Made by a program: the position numbers and the translations under genes. Positions 37,272 to 47,643 of a stretch of 64,000 nucleotides of DNA are shown here, in pieces. The stretch comes from Candidatus Babeliales bacterium (GTDB lineage Bacteria > Babelota > Babeliae > Babelales > JBFXEV01). The stretch covers positions 713,994 through 777,993 of the forward strand of contig JBFXEV010000001.1 of NCBI GenBank assembly GCA_050179755.1, in the 5' to 3' direction. How positions within the stretch are numbered: the stretch's first letter is position 1; each line of letters opens with the position of its first letter. The notes below the pieces were generated by a model. That model searched no databases. It was not told the DNA's origin and saw only the letters and a list, made by a program, of their open reading frames with translations.

Positions 37272-40200
37272 AGTTATTAAGAAATGTAAAAATAGTTTGT
37301 ATGGTAGTTATAGCTGCTACCACTGTGCCATTGTATGGCGGTTTTTTTAAAGCTATATTTCAAGATGAGCAAACCCCTCAAAAAGTGTTTGCTTCAGAAA
37401 ATCAGATTCAAAAAGAAGTGCTGCATCATGTTACTGCTGATGTAAAGCAATATGAGCAAGAAAGCGAGCAATTTGCGCGCGCATTGCAGCAGCAACTAGA
37501 TGAAAATGAAACGCAGATTGCGCGCACACAGCAAGAACTAGAATCAGCTACGCAAACGGCAACGCGTGAATTTCTTACGCAAAAAAGCGCACTTCTTAAA
37601 GAAGTGCATCAACTGTTATTAAGCCGCCGCATTACGCGTAAAGAGATTCTTATTATTTTAGAATCTCACGTTAAGCTGCTTGAAGGGTATTTAAAAGATC
37701 CTCAATTTATAAGTCTTAAACTAGAGCCTAAATCTTATTATACGGTTGAGCAGCTTGAAAAAGCAAGCAAAGTTTTTTTTGAGCAAGAAGTGCGCATTAA
37801 AAGGCTTTCCGATCAAAAAGAAGATATGGCGCTTGAGCTTGAAACGCGTAGACGTGATCTTTTAGCATCACAAAAAGAATATGATGCAAAGCGTAAGATT
37901 CAAGAAGAATTTCAAGATAAAACTACCGTGCCTCTTGATCAAGATGTTGATAAAGGTTTTACGGTAAAGCAGCGTGGCCAACTCATTGATTTAGAAGTGG
38001 TTCTTGTTTTAGCGCGGCTTGAATTATTGCGCATGAAAGAAAAGCAAGCAAAAGAAAATAATAGCTTGCTTGCCACACAAATATTTTATGAAAAGCAAAA
38101 ACTGCGCATTCTTAAAGATAATTTTTCGCTTGTTAAATCTAAACTACGTGTTGATCCTGCAGATATTGATGCAGAAGAGCAAGCGCTTGATAAAGTAAAA
38201 CAAGAAGCTGGCGCAAAACGAGAAGCATATTTTAGAAAAGTTACCGAACTTACCTCACTGCGAGAACAAGTAAAACAACTTCTTGAAAAAGAACCAGGAG
38301 TAGCACTTGATGTGGCAAGTCAAGTTGACTGGCAATTAAATCCGGATTCTGCCCAAGCATATCAGCACGAGGCATATATTAACTATTTGCATGAGCAGCT
38401 CCTCTTTTATGATCGTAAAATAGAACTGTTAAATGCACAATTAGATTTGGAAAATACACGCATACTCTATCAAAAATTAGTGGTTGACACTAAACGCTCT
38501 TGGTACGATATAACACACAGCTTGTTACGGGATACAGAAACTATTACTGCAGAAATCAAGCGATATAAAGATCTTGTGGCTCAGCAAGAGCGTGTTGCAA
38601 GTTCGCTTATTGAAAAGCGTAAATCTGCCACCGAATTATTGAGCGTGCAAACACGTTCGCTTGATACTATTAAGGAAGAACTTAAAAAAATAGCAGGGCA
38701 AAAAGATACGTTGTTTGCGGGTAATCATAACTTGTTTACACAAGTTCATTCGTATATGGTCAATGCCTATGGCGTGTTAGAGCAAGAGGTGCTTGCCAAC
38801 AGAATGCGCATTGAAACATATTCTGCCATGATTGCGCTGTCTGAACGTATGGTCAAAGATATCAAAACATTGCTTGAAGAATTAGAAGTCAAAAGTATTT
38901 GGCAACGCTCTGAATATGCCATTACGCGCGAAGGTATTGCCAATTTGCTGCCTGACGTTAAAGCATTCTTTGCCCGCACGTGGGTGACTGGGGTACAGTA
39001 CTTTCAAGATATGAGTTTTGCAAAAATAATTCAGTGGATCAAGGTGCGTGCAACGCATGCGGGCACACTACTCTTTTTTGTTGTGTTTTTACTTGGTTTA
39101 CTGCTTGGCATTATATTTCTTAAACGGCGGTTATTGCCGTCTATGCAAGAATTTTTACTTGCAAGCAAACCAGAACATCATATAACGTTTGTGGTAAATC
39201 GTATTGTTGCAGCACTTATGGGGTTCTTGTCAAATCATGTGGTGGGCATGAGCATATGGTTTATACTGCTTCTTTTAATTCAAACAAATATGATCACGCA
39301 AACGTTTCCTCGTGTCTTCTTCTATTTGATGTCTATTCCGTATTGGATCTATTTTGCCCATAAAATGATCAAATCGGTGCGCGAGCTTAATCAATCAAAA
39401 GATAATGTAATTTTTGTGCCTCTTTTTGAGCGACGTTTTGCAATCACGTTTTCTATACTTGCATATCTTGCCATCACGCTATTGTTTTTCAGGCAAGCAT
39501 TTATTACCGAAAGTGTTCGTCCCTCACAAACGCCGCGTATCTTGCTTGCGATGTATTCGGTGGTTGCTCGCGTGCTGATTCCTATTTTATTGTTCCAGGC
39601 GTTTTCTATTGGTCGGCAAGAAGTAGTAGGTTTGCTACCTAAACGTGGTTTATTTTGGCAATTTGTTGCCGATAAATTGAATCGTTTTTATTATCTGTTG
39701 CTTGGCATCATTATAGTGCTCATGATCTTGAGTGATCCGTATGTTGGTGGCTATGGCAATTTGGTCTCGTACGTGCTCCAGGGTATTGCAGGCACTTTGT
39801 TGTTATTATGGGGGCTTTCTGTGCTACAAGGATGGAGCAAACAGGTTTCTTCTCATCTATTTTTTATTACCCAAGAAGATTCGTATAAAGAACGATTCCC
39901 TGCAGCAAAAACATGGTATGGCTTATTTACGATTTTACTCTTTATTTTCCTTGGCGTAATTGGCTTAGTGATCGGCCTTAAAATGTGGGACGTGGCAATA
40001 AGTTATAAAGATGTGTATAACTTATTTGAATATGAGATATTCCAAATTGTAGAAGATGGTCAAAAGTTTTCGTTTACATTTGAACGTTTTGCCATCCTTG
40101 CAGGCATTATTATTGGTGGGTTTGTACTTGCTTCTGCTGTTAATCGTTTTGTGCTGCGTCGTGTTTTCTCGCTTATTCCTGTTGATCTTGGTATTCAAAA

Positions 40201-40867
40201 TACCGTAATGAGTATTACACGCTATGTAATTATTTTAGTGGTGTTTTTGGTAGCCTTTATGTGGGCCAAACTAGGGTTCATGTTAATACCAATCGGTATC
40301 GCCATCGGTTTGATTGCCAACGTATTTAAAGAACCGCTTGCTGATTTCTTTTCCTATTTTATCATATTGGTGCAACGGCCAATCCAAATTGGTGATTACA
40401 TTGAAATAAATGAAGAACTTTCAGGTGTGGTTCGCCGTATAACGCCGCGCTCTACCATATTGCGCCGCAAAAATAGTTTTACGGTGTTAGTGCCCAATTC
40501 TATGATTGTGCGTGATCCGGTTAATAACTGGAACTATGCACGCAATTTTGTGGCGTTTGATGATATTATTTTGACTATTCCTTATTCAGCCGATCCAGAG
40601 AACGTAAGAGAAATTATTGCTGAAGTGCTTGATAAAAGTCTGGCGGTGCTTAAAAGCCCAGCACCGGTGATTCGCTTAGAAGAATTTGGTGAATATGGAT
40701 TTAAGTTTATGATTCGCGGATTTGTCACTGACAATAATATTTTAAATAAATGGGATATTGCCAGTGACGTACGTTTTTCTATTGTGTCTGCATTGCGTAA
40801 AAATGGCATTAAGATTGCAGTGCCTGTGTATATGGCAATAGATGAGCAAGCAGCCAAAGAAAAATAA
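37268..40867 (+). CDS. Large mechanosensitive channel (MscK-like: coiled-coil periplasmic domain + TM region + MscS domain)
   Basis: Signal peptide, ~500 aa coiled coil, multiple TM helices, RPIQIGDYIE..GVVRRI..RST, VPNS. Confidence 0.9.
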   Translation: MKLLRNVKIVCMVVIAATTVPLYGGFFKAIFQDEQTPQKVFASENQIQKEVLHHVTADVKQYEQESEQFARALQQQLDENETQIARTQQELESATQTATREFLTQKSALLKEVHQLLLSRRITRKEILIILESHVKLLEGYLKDPQFISLKLEPKSYYTVEQLEKASKVFFEQEVRIKRLSDQKEDMALELETRRRDLLASQKEYDAKRKIQEEFQDKTTVPLDQDVDKGFTVKQRGQLIDLEVVLVLARLELLRMKEKQAKENNSLLATQIFYEKQKLRILKDNFSLVKSKLRVDPADIDAEEQALDKVKQEAGAKREAYFRKVTELTSLREQVKQLLEKEPGVALDVASQVDWQLNPDSAQAYQHEAYINYLHEQLLFYDRKIELLNAQLDLENTRILYQKLVVDTKRSWYDITHSLLRDTETITAEIKRYKDLVAQQERVASSLIEKRKSATELLSVQTRSLDTIKEELKKIAGQKDTLFAGNHNLFTQVHSYMVNAYGVLEQEVLANRMRIETYSAMIALSERMVKDIKTLLEELEVKSIWQRSEYAITREGIANLLPDVKAFFARTWVTGVQYFQDMSFAKIIQWIKVRATHAGTLLFFVVFLLGLLLGIIFLKRRLLPSMQEFLLASKPEHHITFVVNRIVAALMGFLSNHVVGMSIWFILLLLIQTNMITQTFPRVFFYLMSIPYWIYFAHKMIKSVRELNQSKDNVIFVPLFERRFAITFSILAYLAITLLFFRQAFITESVRPSQTPRILLAMYSVVARVLIPILLFQAFSIGRQEVVGLLPKRGLFWQFVADKLNRFYYLLLGIIIVLMILSDPYVGGYGNLVSYVLQGIAGTLLLLWGLSVLQGWSKQVSSHLFFITQEDSYKERFPAAKTWYGLFTILLFIFLGVIGLVIGLKMWDVAISYKDVYNLFEYEIFQIVEDGQKFSFTFERFAILAGIIIGGFVLASAVNRFVLRRVFSLIPVDLGIQNTVMSITRYVIILVVFLVAFMWAKLGFMLIPIGIAIGLIANVFKEPLADFFSYFIILVQRPIQIGDYIEINEELSGVVRRITPRSTILRRKNSFTVLVPNSMIVRDPVNNWNYARNFVAFDDIILTIPYSADPENVREIIAEVLDKSLAVLKSPAPVIRLEEFGEYGFKFMIRGFVTDNNILNKWDIASDVRFSIVSALRKNGIKIAVPVYMAIDEQAAKEK

Positions 40868-40874
40868 ATTGTAA

Positions 40875-41093
40875 TTATTTACCTTTGCCTTTACGAAGAC
40901 TTTGAATTTTTTTCCATGCCAGTTGCACCACGTGCGTATTTATTAAGCCATATGCTATTAAAAATACTGCAAAAAAGAATATTACTCCTTTGAGTAAGCT
41001 TATAAAAAAGCCCATTGAAAAGAGAAGTAATACTACTCCAATGCCAAGAGATAAGTAGCCTCTTTGCGAATCATTAAGATTAAAACCAAACAT
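40875..41093 (-). CDS. Small 2-TM membrane protein
   Basis: AAGGAG RBS; two hydrophobic segments, basic tail. Confidence 0.7.
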   Translation of the reverse strand: MFGFNLNDSQRGYLSLGIGVVLLLFSMGFFISLLKGVIFFFAVFLIAYGLINTHVVQLAWKKIQSLRKGKGK

Positions 41094-41216
41094 AGACCGC
41101 TCCTTTTTTAGAAAAAAAACTTATACAAATTTACCTTAGCATTAAACGTATAGCACATGCAATATTCTGCATAAAGTTATTCCTCAAAAGAAGGAATAAA
41201 CATCCCCCGTACTAGG

Positions 41217-41272
41217 TGGTGCAAAAGGTGGCTAAAGGTTGCAAATGGTTGCTTTTGTGGGTTATACATAAT
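41217..41272 (+). promoter_or_regulatory. 10-bp phased direct repeats (GGT[G/T]GC) before a -10-like box
   Basis: tggtgc/ggtggc/ggttgc/ggttgc/gtgggt at 41217, 41227, 41237, 41247, 41257. Confidence 0.5.
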
Positions 41273-41294
41273 ATAGGTACTATTTACTAGATTA

Positions 41295-41444
41295 ATGGAG
41301 GTTAGCAGTTAAGTTTCGGACAAAATAGTTACGGAAGCAAAATCAGTTTCTAAGGCGTTAAATCGGTCGGTTGCTGGGCAGATTGAGCATTGGGCCAAGA
41401 TAGGTAATAAAAATGAGCCAGTTAGGTTGCCAATTTCATGCTAA
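41295..41444 (+). pseudogene. ParD-like family antitoxin pseudogene
   Basis: MEVSS*VSDKIVTEAKSVSKALNRSVAGQIEHWAKIG...; RSxxxQIEHWAxIG is typical of ParD-like antitoxins; in-frame TAA at 41310. Confidence 0.7.
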
Positions 41445-41972
41445 AAAACCAGAAATAACCCAACTATTTGAGAAATCCAAGTGCATATCTTGCATTGGTT
41501 GATGATGGGTTAAAAATTGGACTTTTTGTATCTTGATGCCATTCTCTCGAAGCGTTTTTAAGATAGATTCTATCATCATGAGCTTTATATACACGCTTGC
41601 TTGTTTGCTCATAGGAGAACGATCAAGAGAAATAAAAGCAGTCATGCCATCGCTTGAAAGAGTAACTGATTGTAAGGTAACTTTCTTATCAACCAATTTT
41701 TCTTCTTCAAATAATACAAGTAATGCGCTCACGAGCTGGCTTATATTATCACTTACGCTGTGCGAGGATAATAGTTCAGTTTTTTCATGATGCCAGCGAT
41801 TTTGGCGCCAATACCATAAGCTTACTTGTTGTTTGGTGATGTGTGATTCATTAATAATGTGCGTATGCACTTGGGGTAATCTGATGATGAGCCATTCTTT
41901 CATATACGCAAATAAGAGTATCGCGCTCAGCAAACACATAACGCAAAGAAAAAGTGTTTTTTTATACGTCAT
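41436..41972 (-). CDS. Membrane-anchored GerMN-like domain protein
   Basis: N-terminal TM; TAFISLD...MIESILKTL..NGIKIQKVQFL...H.DFS. Confidence 0.6.
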   Translation of the reverse strand: MTYKKTLFLCVMCLLSAILLFAYMKEWLIIRLPQVHTHIINESHITKQQVSLWYWRQNRWHHEKTELLSSHSVSDNISQLVSALLVLFEEEKLVDKKVTLQSVTLSSDGMTAFISLDRSPMSKQASVYIKLMMIESILKTLRENGIKIQKVQFLTHHQPMQDMHLDFSNSWVISGFLA

Positions 41973-42643
41973 GCAGGCAAGCTCCATTGTTTGAGTGATT
42001 GCAGCATGGTATGCAGTGCATCAGCAAGAGACTGCGCGTATTCCTTTATTTTTTTTGTATTTTGTATGCTTAATTCTATGGCTACGCTTGGAGCAAGAAT
42101 ACCGGTGAGATTCTTTAAAGGAATGGCATGCACTTGGTTGCCAATAATAGTAAATAATGGTTTTGCTTGGAACGAAGTGAGCAATACGTCTGCCATGCGA
42201 TAGCTTGTTTGGTGGTTAGTAAGATGTGCCTGATCAAACGGAATAAAGGCAAGACTATTTGTCCGTATAGTTTTGAGTGCGTCAGAAGGGTCTGCGGCAT
42301 AGGTATATAAACCAAGTTGGGCGTTACTTTCTTGCTGTTCATAGAGCATAATTGCAATATACGCATCAACATTAAGACGGTTTGCTATTGCTGCATGTTG
42401 AAGCGGTTCAACGCTTTGTCCATTAAAGCGCGGCACAATAACGTTGAGTGTTATATCTTTGCGTTCAAGCAGTTCTTTGAGTTCTTCTGCAAGTTGAATG
42501 GAAAGTCCACGTTCATACGAGCCGTGAATGCTGCGCCCTGGATGGCGCGCGTCGCCAGCAGGTTGAAGTAGAAGCGTAAACGCTTCTAACTGATATGAAC
42601 TACATAAAAAGAGTATAAAAAAAATAATATTTTTTAGGTGCAT
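41969..42643 (-). CDS. N-acetylmuramoyl-L-alanine amidase (Amidase_3)-like, degenerate
   Basis: ERGLSIQLAEELKELLE, AIANRLNVDAYIAI, PSVAIE; Zn-ligand His residues absent. Confidence 0.7.
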   Translation of the reverse strand: MHLKNIIFFILFLCSSYQLEAFTLLLQPAGDARHPGRSIHGSYERGLSIQLAEELKELLERKDITLNVIVPRFNGQSVEPLQHAAIANRLNVDAYIAIMLYEQQESNAQLGLYTYAADPSDALKTIRTNSLAFIPFDQAHLTNHQTSYRMADVLLTSFQAKPLFTIIGNQVHAIPLKNLTGILAPSVAIELSIQNTKKIKEYAQSLADALHTMLQSLKQWSLPA

Positions 42644-44817
42644 GTAAGATCAGTGGTTATATAGTGGGTTAAAAACGTGATGCGAATTTGTTGTTTGTCA
42701 TTTTTTACACCCATGGCTATAGCGCGTGATTGACCAATGAATATGCACAGCCTTTTAGCGCGTGTAATGGCAGTATAAATTAAATTACGCTGTAAAAGCA
42801 TAAAATGTTGCATAAAAATAGGCACTATACATGCTGCATATTCAGAGCCTTGGCTTTTGTGAATTGAAATTGCATAAGCAAGTACTAATTCATCAAGTTC
42901 GTCAAACTCATAGATTATAAGCCGCTCATCAAACAGCACGGTAAGCTGTTGCTCTTCTTGATCAACGCTTTCTATGGTACCAATATCGCCATTAAATACT
43001 ACTTTATCGTAATTATTACGTAATTGCATCACGCGATCGCCAACTTTATACGCTGTGCCAAAGCGCATTACGTGTGGTAGCGAGGGATCGGGGTTTAATA
43101 ATCCTTGTAAGTCATGATTAATTTTTTGTGTACCAACAATACCACGGTTCATGGGCACGAGCACGGTAGCCTGCTCTGGCGCAATGCCATAACGTTTTAA
43201 ATGATTCGTGAAAATATCTTCTAAAATTGCAGGTACTTGGCTTGGATCTTCTTCTTTAATGTACATAAAATCTCGCTTGGCTCCGTCATGCGATGAGGTA
43301 GGAAACTCGCCATTATTAATTTTATGCGCATTGAGTATGATCATGCTATCTTGTGCTTGGCGGAAAATATGCTGCAAACGTACAAATGGAATAGTTTTAG
43401 TGGCAATAATATCATGGAGCACGTTGCCGGCGCCAACTGAGGGCAGTTGATCAGTATCGCCAATAAATACTATGTGCGCAGTCAGTGGCAGTGCTTTCAT
43501 GAGCGCGTATGCCAAGAATACGTCGAGCATAGAAGCTTCATCAATAATTAAAAAATCTAAGGTAAGTGCATTTGATTCATTATGCTTAAAGCTCATAATG
43601 CTTGGGTCAAATTCAAGCAAACGATGTAGTGTTGCTGCATGCCTGCCGGTGCCTTCAGTAATTCGTTTTGCAGCGCGTCCGGTGGGTGCTGCCAAGCGGT
43701 AAATAAGACGGTAGTCATCAAGAATTTCAAGCAGTTGCTTGATGAGTGTGGTTTTACCAGTACCAGGGCCGCCCGTAATTACCGTAACTTTATCTTGCAA
43801 ACAACCAAGAATGCCACGCTGCTGCTCTTCATTAAGTGCAAGTTTGCCCGGTGGTGGTTGTGAAATAGTTTTATAGACCTCATCAAGATCAAAAAGATAT
43901 GGGCTTTTGTGTTGCATCACATTTTTAATTTTTTGAGCAAGATTTTTTTCAGTAAAATAATACAGTGAAAGAGTTATGTAATGCACAGCATCATGCGTTA
44001 TCAGTTTAATGTTATTTTCATTATATAATTCATGCAGCGCCGTTTTAACTTTTTGCTCAATAGTTTCACCTTTGAGCTCAAGCAAGGTTATTACCGATTC
44101 TTTTAATGTTTCAAGTTCTACATACAAATGCCCGCGATTGGTGGCATCTTGAATGGCAAAATTAATGCCAGCCTTTATACGTTTGATCGAATCGTGTGGC
44201 AATCCTAATTTTTGAGCAATGCCGTCTGCTGTTTTAAAACCAATGCCCCAAATATCTTGCACCAGCCGATAAGGATTTTCATTCAGCATCGCAATGGATT
44301 CTTTGCCATAGTGCTTATAGATTTTGGTGGCAAGCACAGGAGAGACATCTTTTTCTTGCAAGAACAGCATGATGCTTGAAATCTCTTTTTGATCATGCCA
44401 TGCGGTAATAATTTGTTCTAAACGTTTAGGACCAATGCCTTGTACTTTGCCTAATTTGTGAGGTTCTTTTTCAATGATATCAAGTACGTTTACGCCAAAA
44501 GCATCTACTAATTTTTCTGCATAAACTTTGCCAATGCCTTTGATAAGGCCTGAACCTAAATATTTTTTGAGTCCTAATACCGATGTTGGCATTTGCGTGG
44601 TGCATTGGGTTGCAACAAATTGTTTGCCAAATTTTTTGTGTGTTGACCACGTGCCCATAAGGCTTACGTATTCGCCTGGATGTATTGAGGCAAAATTACC
44701 CGTAACGGTTGTGGAATTTGCGTGAGAAACTTGAAGCACGAACACCGTAAAACCAGTGTCCGTGCTTTGAAATACTATTTTTTCAATAGTGCCATTAAGT
44801 TGTTCAGGTTGGCTCAT
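42634..44817 (-). CDS. recD2: ATP-dependent RecD2 helicase
   Basis: GIGK..A HhH, ENPYRL, TGGPGTGKTT, IDEASM, HKSQGSE. Confidence 0.96.
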   Translation of the reverse strand: MSQPEQLNGTIEKIVFQSTDTGFTVFVLQVSHANSTTVTGNFASIHPGEYVSLMGTWSTHKKFGKQFVATQCTTQMPTSVLGLKKYLGSGLIKGIGKVYAEKLVDAFGVNVLDIIEKEPHKLGKVQGIGPKRLEQIITAWHDQKEISSIMLFLQEKDVSPVLATKIYKHYGKESIAMLNENPYRLVQDIWGIGFKTADGIAQKLGLPHDSIKRIKAGINFAIQDATNRGHLYVELETLKESVITLLELKGETIEQKVKTALHELYNENNIKLITHDAVHYITLSLYYFTEKNLAQKIKNVMQHKSPYLFDLDEVYKTISQPPPGKLALNEEQQRGILGCLQDKVTVITGGPGTGKTTLIKQLLEILDDYRLIYRLAAPTGRAAKRITEGTGRHAATLHRLLEFDPSIMSFKHNESNALTLDFLIIDEASMLDVFLAYALMKALPLTAHIVFIGDTDQLPSVGAGNVLHDIIATKTIPFVRLQHIFRQAQDSMIILNAHKINNGEFPTSSHDGAKRDFMYIKEEDPSQVPAILEDIFTNHLKRYGIAPEQATVLVPMNRGIVGTQKINHDLQGLLNPDPSLPHVMRFGTAYKVGDRVMQLRNNYDKVVFNGDIGTIESVDQEEQQLTVLFDERLIIYEFDELDELVLAYAISIHKSQGSEYAACIVPIFMQHFMLLQRNLIYTAITRAKRLCIFIGQSRAIAMGVKNDKQQIRITFLTHYITTDLTCT

Positions 44818-45785
44818 GTAGTATGGGTAAGTTTAGTTTTAAGTACTTCATATTGTTCAACTGCCTTGGGGCAGCTTGCAATAAGAGAAGTTAGGAAATC
44901 AAGTAAGTTGCAGCACATATTATCAAGGCGAGCGCAATTGTTGATATCATGATCAAACATGCTCATTTCTGATCCTGGATCTTCTTCACTCCAGCGCAAT
45001 AACATGCTATCTTTATGACCAGCTTTTTCTGCCCATTCTTCTATTAATGGCACCATAAAATCTTTAGAGCCGCGCGCTTGTTCCATAAATGGGAACGTAA
45101 GATCGGCAAATGATTTTTTAGCTTGAGCAAGTGCCGGTGCAAGGAGTTGCGTTTGTTGCATGCGCTTATGTTCAAGTTCTGTAAGCTCTTTGGTAAATTG
45201 TTCAAAGTTTTCGATATGTTCTTTTTTGAGTGCTTCAAGTTCTTCGGCAATCAGCATATCTTGCTTACGCATAATAGCTCGTTTTGCTTGTTTTATTGCA
45301 ATATCACGAGTTTCATCGCCTTTATGGCGTAACATCATTTCTTCTTCTAACTTTTGAACTTGAGCTTCAAATTGTTCAATGAGTGCTTGCTCCCGTGCTT
45401 GCCATTTACCATTAAAACGAACTGAATCAAGATATTTGTTTTCTAATTCTTCGCGTGCAGCTTTATAAGTTGCCTGTATGCGTTCCTCTATGCGTGCAAG
45501 CATGTGGAGCGTTGCTTTTTTATCTTGAAAATCAAACGTACCTACTCTTTTTTTGGTTTGTTGATCTAGAATACCATGAATGATGCCGCGTAATCTATGA
45601 ATAATAAGTTTCATATCAAGAATAGTATGCCCGTCCATTGCGTGGGAAATGCCATCAATAAACTTGAGCACGCGTGAAGTGAGTATAATTCCTTGTGATT
45701 CTTCAGCATGTAGTGTTGATGTTGCTTGAACTAATAATGCGCTTAAAATGAGCGCGCCAAAACGCTTAGACATAAATGATTGCAT
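44814..45785 (-). CDS. Secreted coiled-coil hypothetical protein
   Basis: Signal peptide ending LHA; central coiled coil; ATGA overlap with recD2. Confidence 0.75.
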   Translation of the reverse strand: MQSFMSKRFGALILSALLVQATSTLHAEESQGIILTSRVLKFIDGISHAMDGHTILDMKLIIHRLRGIIHGILDQQTKKRVGTFDFQDKKATLHMLARIEERIQATYKAAREELENKYLDSVRFNGKWQAREQALIEQFEAQVQKLEEEMMLRHKGDETRDIAIKQAKRAIMRKQDMLIAEELEALKKEHIENFEQFTKELTELEHKRMQQTQLLAPALAQAKKSFADLTFPFMEQARGSKDFMVPLIEEWAEKAGHKDSMLLRWSEEDPGSEMSMFDHDINNCARLDNMCCNLLDFLTSLIASCPKAVEQYEVLKTKLTHTT

Positions 45786-45808
45786 AGTGAAGTCCTTTTT
45801 GTCGTTAG

Positions 45809-47416
45809 TTAAATGGTCATGTCAAAATATAATGCACCGGTAAAGTCTTTGCCTATTCCTGTAGACAAGATTGTTGCATCAAGATGGAACCCAATATAAT
45901 AATCCCTGCATGTGCCTTGTTTTTTGTATATAAGATCGCCAAACAGTTTACTTTGATATGCGCACGGCTTAATTGCAATTTCTTTACGCAGTCGGGCAAT
46001 TTGTGCCGCTGTTGCATTGATTGTACCTAATTTTTCTTTATCTTGCCAATAGAGATCATAACCGAATTGAAAATCAAACGTTTTGCCGTGATACGTAAGG
46101 CTAGTGTTCCAGATAAAAATGAACCCAGGTGAAATATGTGTTTCATACATAGTAGGAAACAACGTTTCTATAAGTTGTTGATTGAGAAAGTTTAAATTTT
46201 CTTGGCAAACAATAGGATTCGTAGACGTATAATCTCTATCAAATTCTGCAGGGTCTTTGTGCATAATATAAAAACGTTTTTCTTTGCGTGGCGTTATATA
46301 TTCAAGTGATGATTTTGATCGCAACGTCCAACAATTAGATAATTCAAGTTGTTGATCGGCAAATATGCCAAGACCAAAATGGCCTTCATTGCCCATGCCC
46401 GTTTCAAGCACTATAGTGGATAATCGATCAACTGCTGCAATTAAAAATTCGGTTCCTTCTTCAATGGCGCGTGGTATATCTTTATCAACAAGAATAGTAT
46501 TTATAAAATTAAGGAGATTAAAATTTGGTGCGGGTGTAGTTTTAGAAAAATGAGTGCCATATAAACCTTGTTTCCATGCAAATGCGGTAGGAATAGTAAA
46601 AAGGCCACCAATGCGTGCAAAAGCGTAATCGGTTTGATAAGGCATGTAGCCAAGTTCTATACGCGTATCGCCTACACCAAGTTTATCAATAATTACATGT
46701 TTTCGAGCAAAATCCATAGGATCATCTTGTGGTGGAACTCCTGCTCGTTCAAGTAATATTTGTTCTTCATCAGTGAGTGATAAATTACGTTCTAAATAAT
46801 ACCACGGTGCGTAAGCGCGTACATGCCAATTACACCCCCAAACATGTTGAATACCAAACATTAAACCAAGTCTACGCTCTTGCAGTTTCATATTGCTAAA
46901 TATTGCAAGTACGTCAGGAACATTTACTTCAATTTCAAATTCTTCTATACGTCGAATTAAGTTTGGATTATTAAGTAGAATATACGATTTTAGTTGTGTA
47001 CTTTCTTTGGTGTAATAACCATTCGATGTTTGATTATAAAAAAGTTGTGTCCAAAAATAATTTTCACAAGGATAGAAATAGTGATGATAAAAACCAGGTA
47101 AATTAAGTAAGGACCTGCTATTGTTGGGATTTGTATGAAGATAGAGATCTTCTTGAAGTACTATTTGTGCCTCAATAGGAGGATTAGTAATCAAGGTAAC
47201 TACATCGCATGCCGTTAACGGGTCGACTTGATGGAGTTCAATTGCTCGTTTGGCTTCATCTGAATTAATAAAAGAGTCATCAGTTGGTTCTTCTTCTTTT
47301 TCATTCACAAAAATATCATCAAAGGTAAAAGATAAATCATCGTTCATGCATATAAGAAAAGAAGAAAAAAAAGAAGTGATTAAAAGAAGAAAAAGCGCAC
47401 ATTTTATTTTAATCAT
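45809..47416 (-). CDS. Putative outer-membrane beta-barrel protein (related to 8129-9916)
   Basis: Signal peptide from ATG 47416 (or 47428); GVGD, IPT, GNEGH; C-terminus GALYFDMTI. Confidence 0.6.
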   Translation of the reverse strand: MIKIKCALFLLLITSFFSSFLICMNDDLSFTFDDIFVNEKEEEPTDDSFINSDEAKRAIELHQVDPLTACDVVTLITNPPIEAQIVLQEDLYLHTNPNNSRSLLNLPGFYHHYFYPCENYFWTQLFYNQTSNGYYTKESTQLKSYILLNNPNLIRRIEEFEIEVNVPDVLAIFSNMKLQERRLGLMFGIQHVWGCNWHVRAYAPWYYLERNLSLTDEEQILLERAGVPPQDDPMDFARKHVIIDKLGVGDTRIELGYMPYQTDYAFARIGGLFTIPTAFAWKQGLYGTHFSKTTPAPNFNLLNFINTILVDKDIPRAIEEGTEFLIAAVDRLSTIVLETGMGNEGHFGLGIFADQQLELSNCWTLRSKSSLEYITPRKEKRFYIMHKDPAEFDRDYTSTNPIVCQENLNFLNQQLIETLFPTMYETHISPGFIFIWNTSLTYHGKTFDFQFGYDLYWQDKEKLGTINATAAQIARLRKEIAIKPCAYQSKLFGDLIYKKQGTCRDYYIGFHLDATILSTGIGKDFTGALYFDMTI

Positions 47417-47643
47417 TTTGTTTACCATAGTTAAATTTATTATTACTTTTAAAGAGAGTTTAAATTGAGAAAAAGTAAGTTTAAGAAATATCGTGTGTGT
47501 ATAGTGTAGCAGTTTCTTGAGAGTAAGACAAAAGCTGTAATTGACTAGCTTTTTTCTTACTCGCGTTTTTAAGAGCAACGTGGTACGCTTGTTAACGTTC
47601 ACATATTTATAAACAAACATTAAAGAGCAAAGGGCAATCTGCC

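Noticed and set aside
41217..41262. MraZ boxes / dcw promoter
   Set aside because: Spacing is similar, but no mraZ or dcw genes follow; the downstream relic is ParD-like
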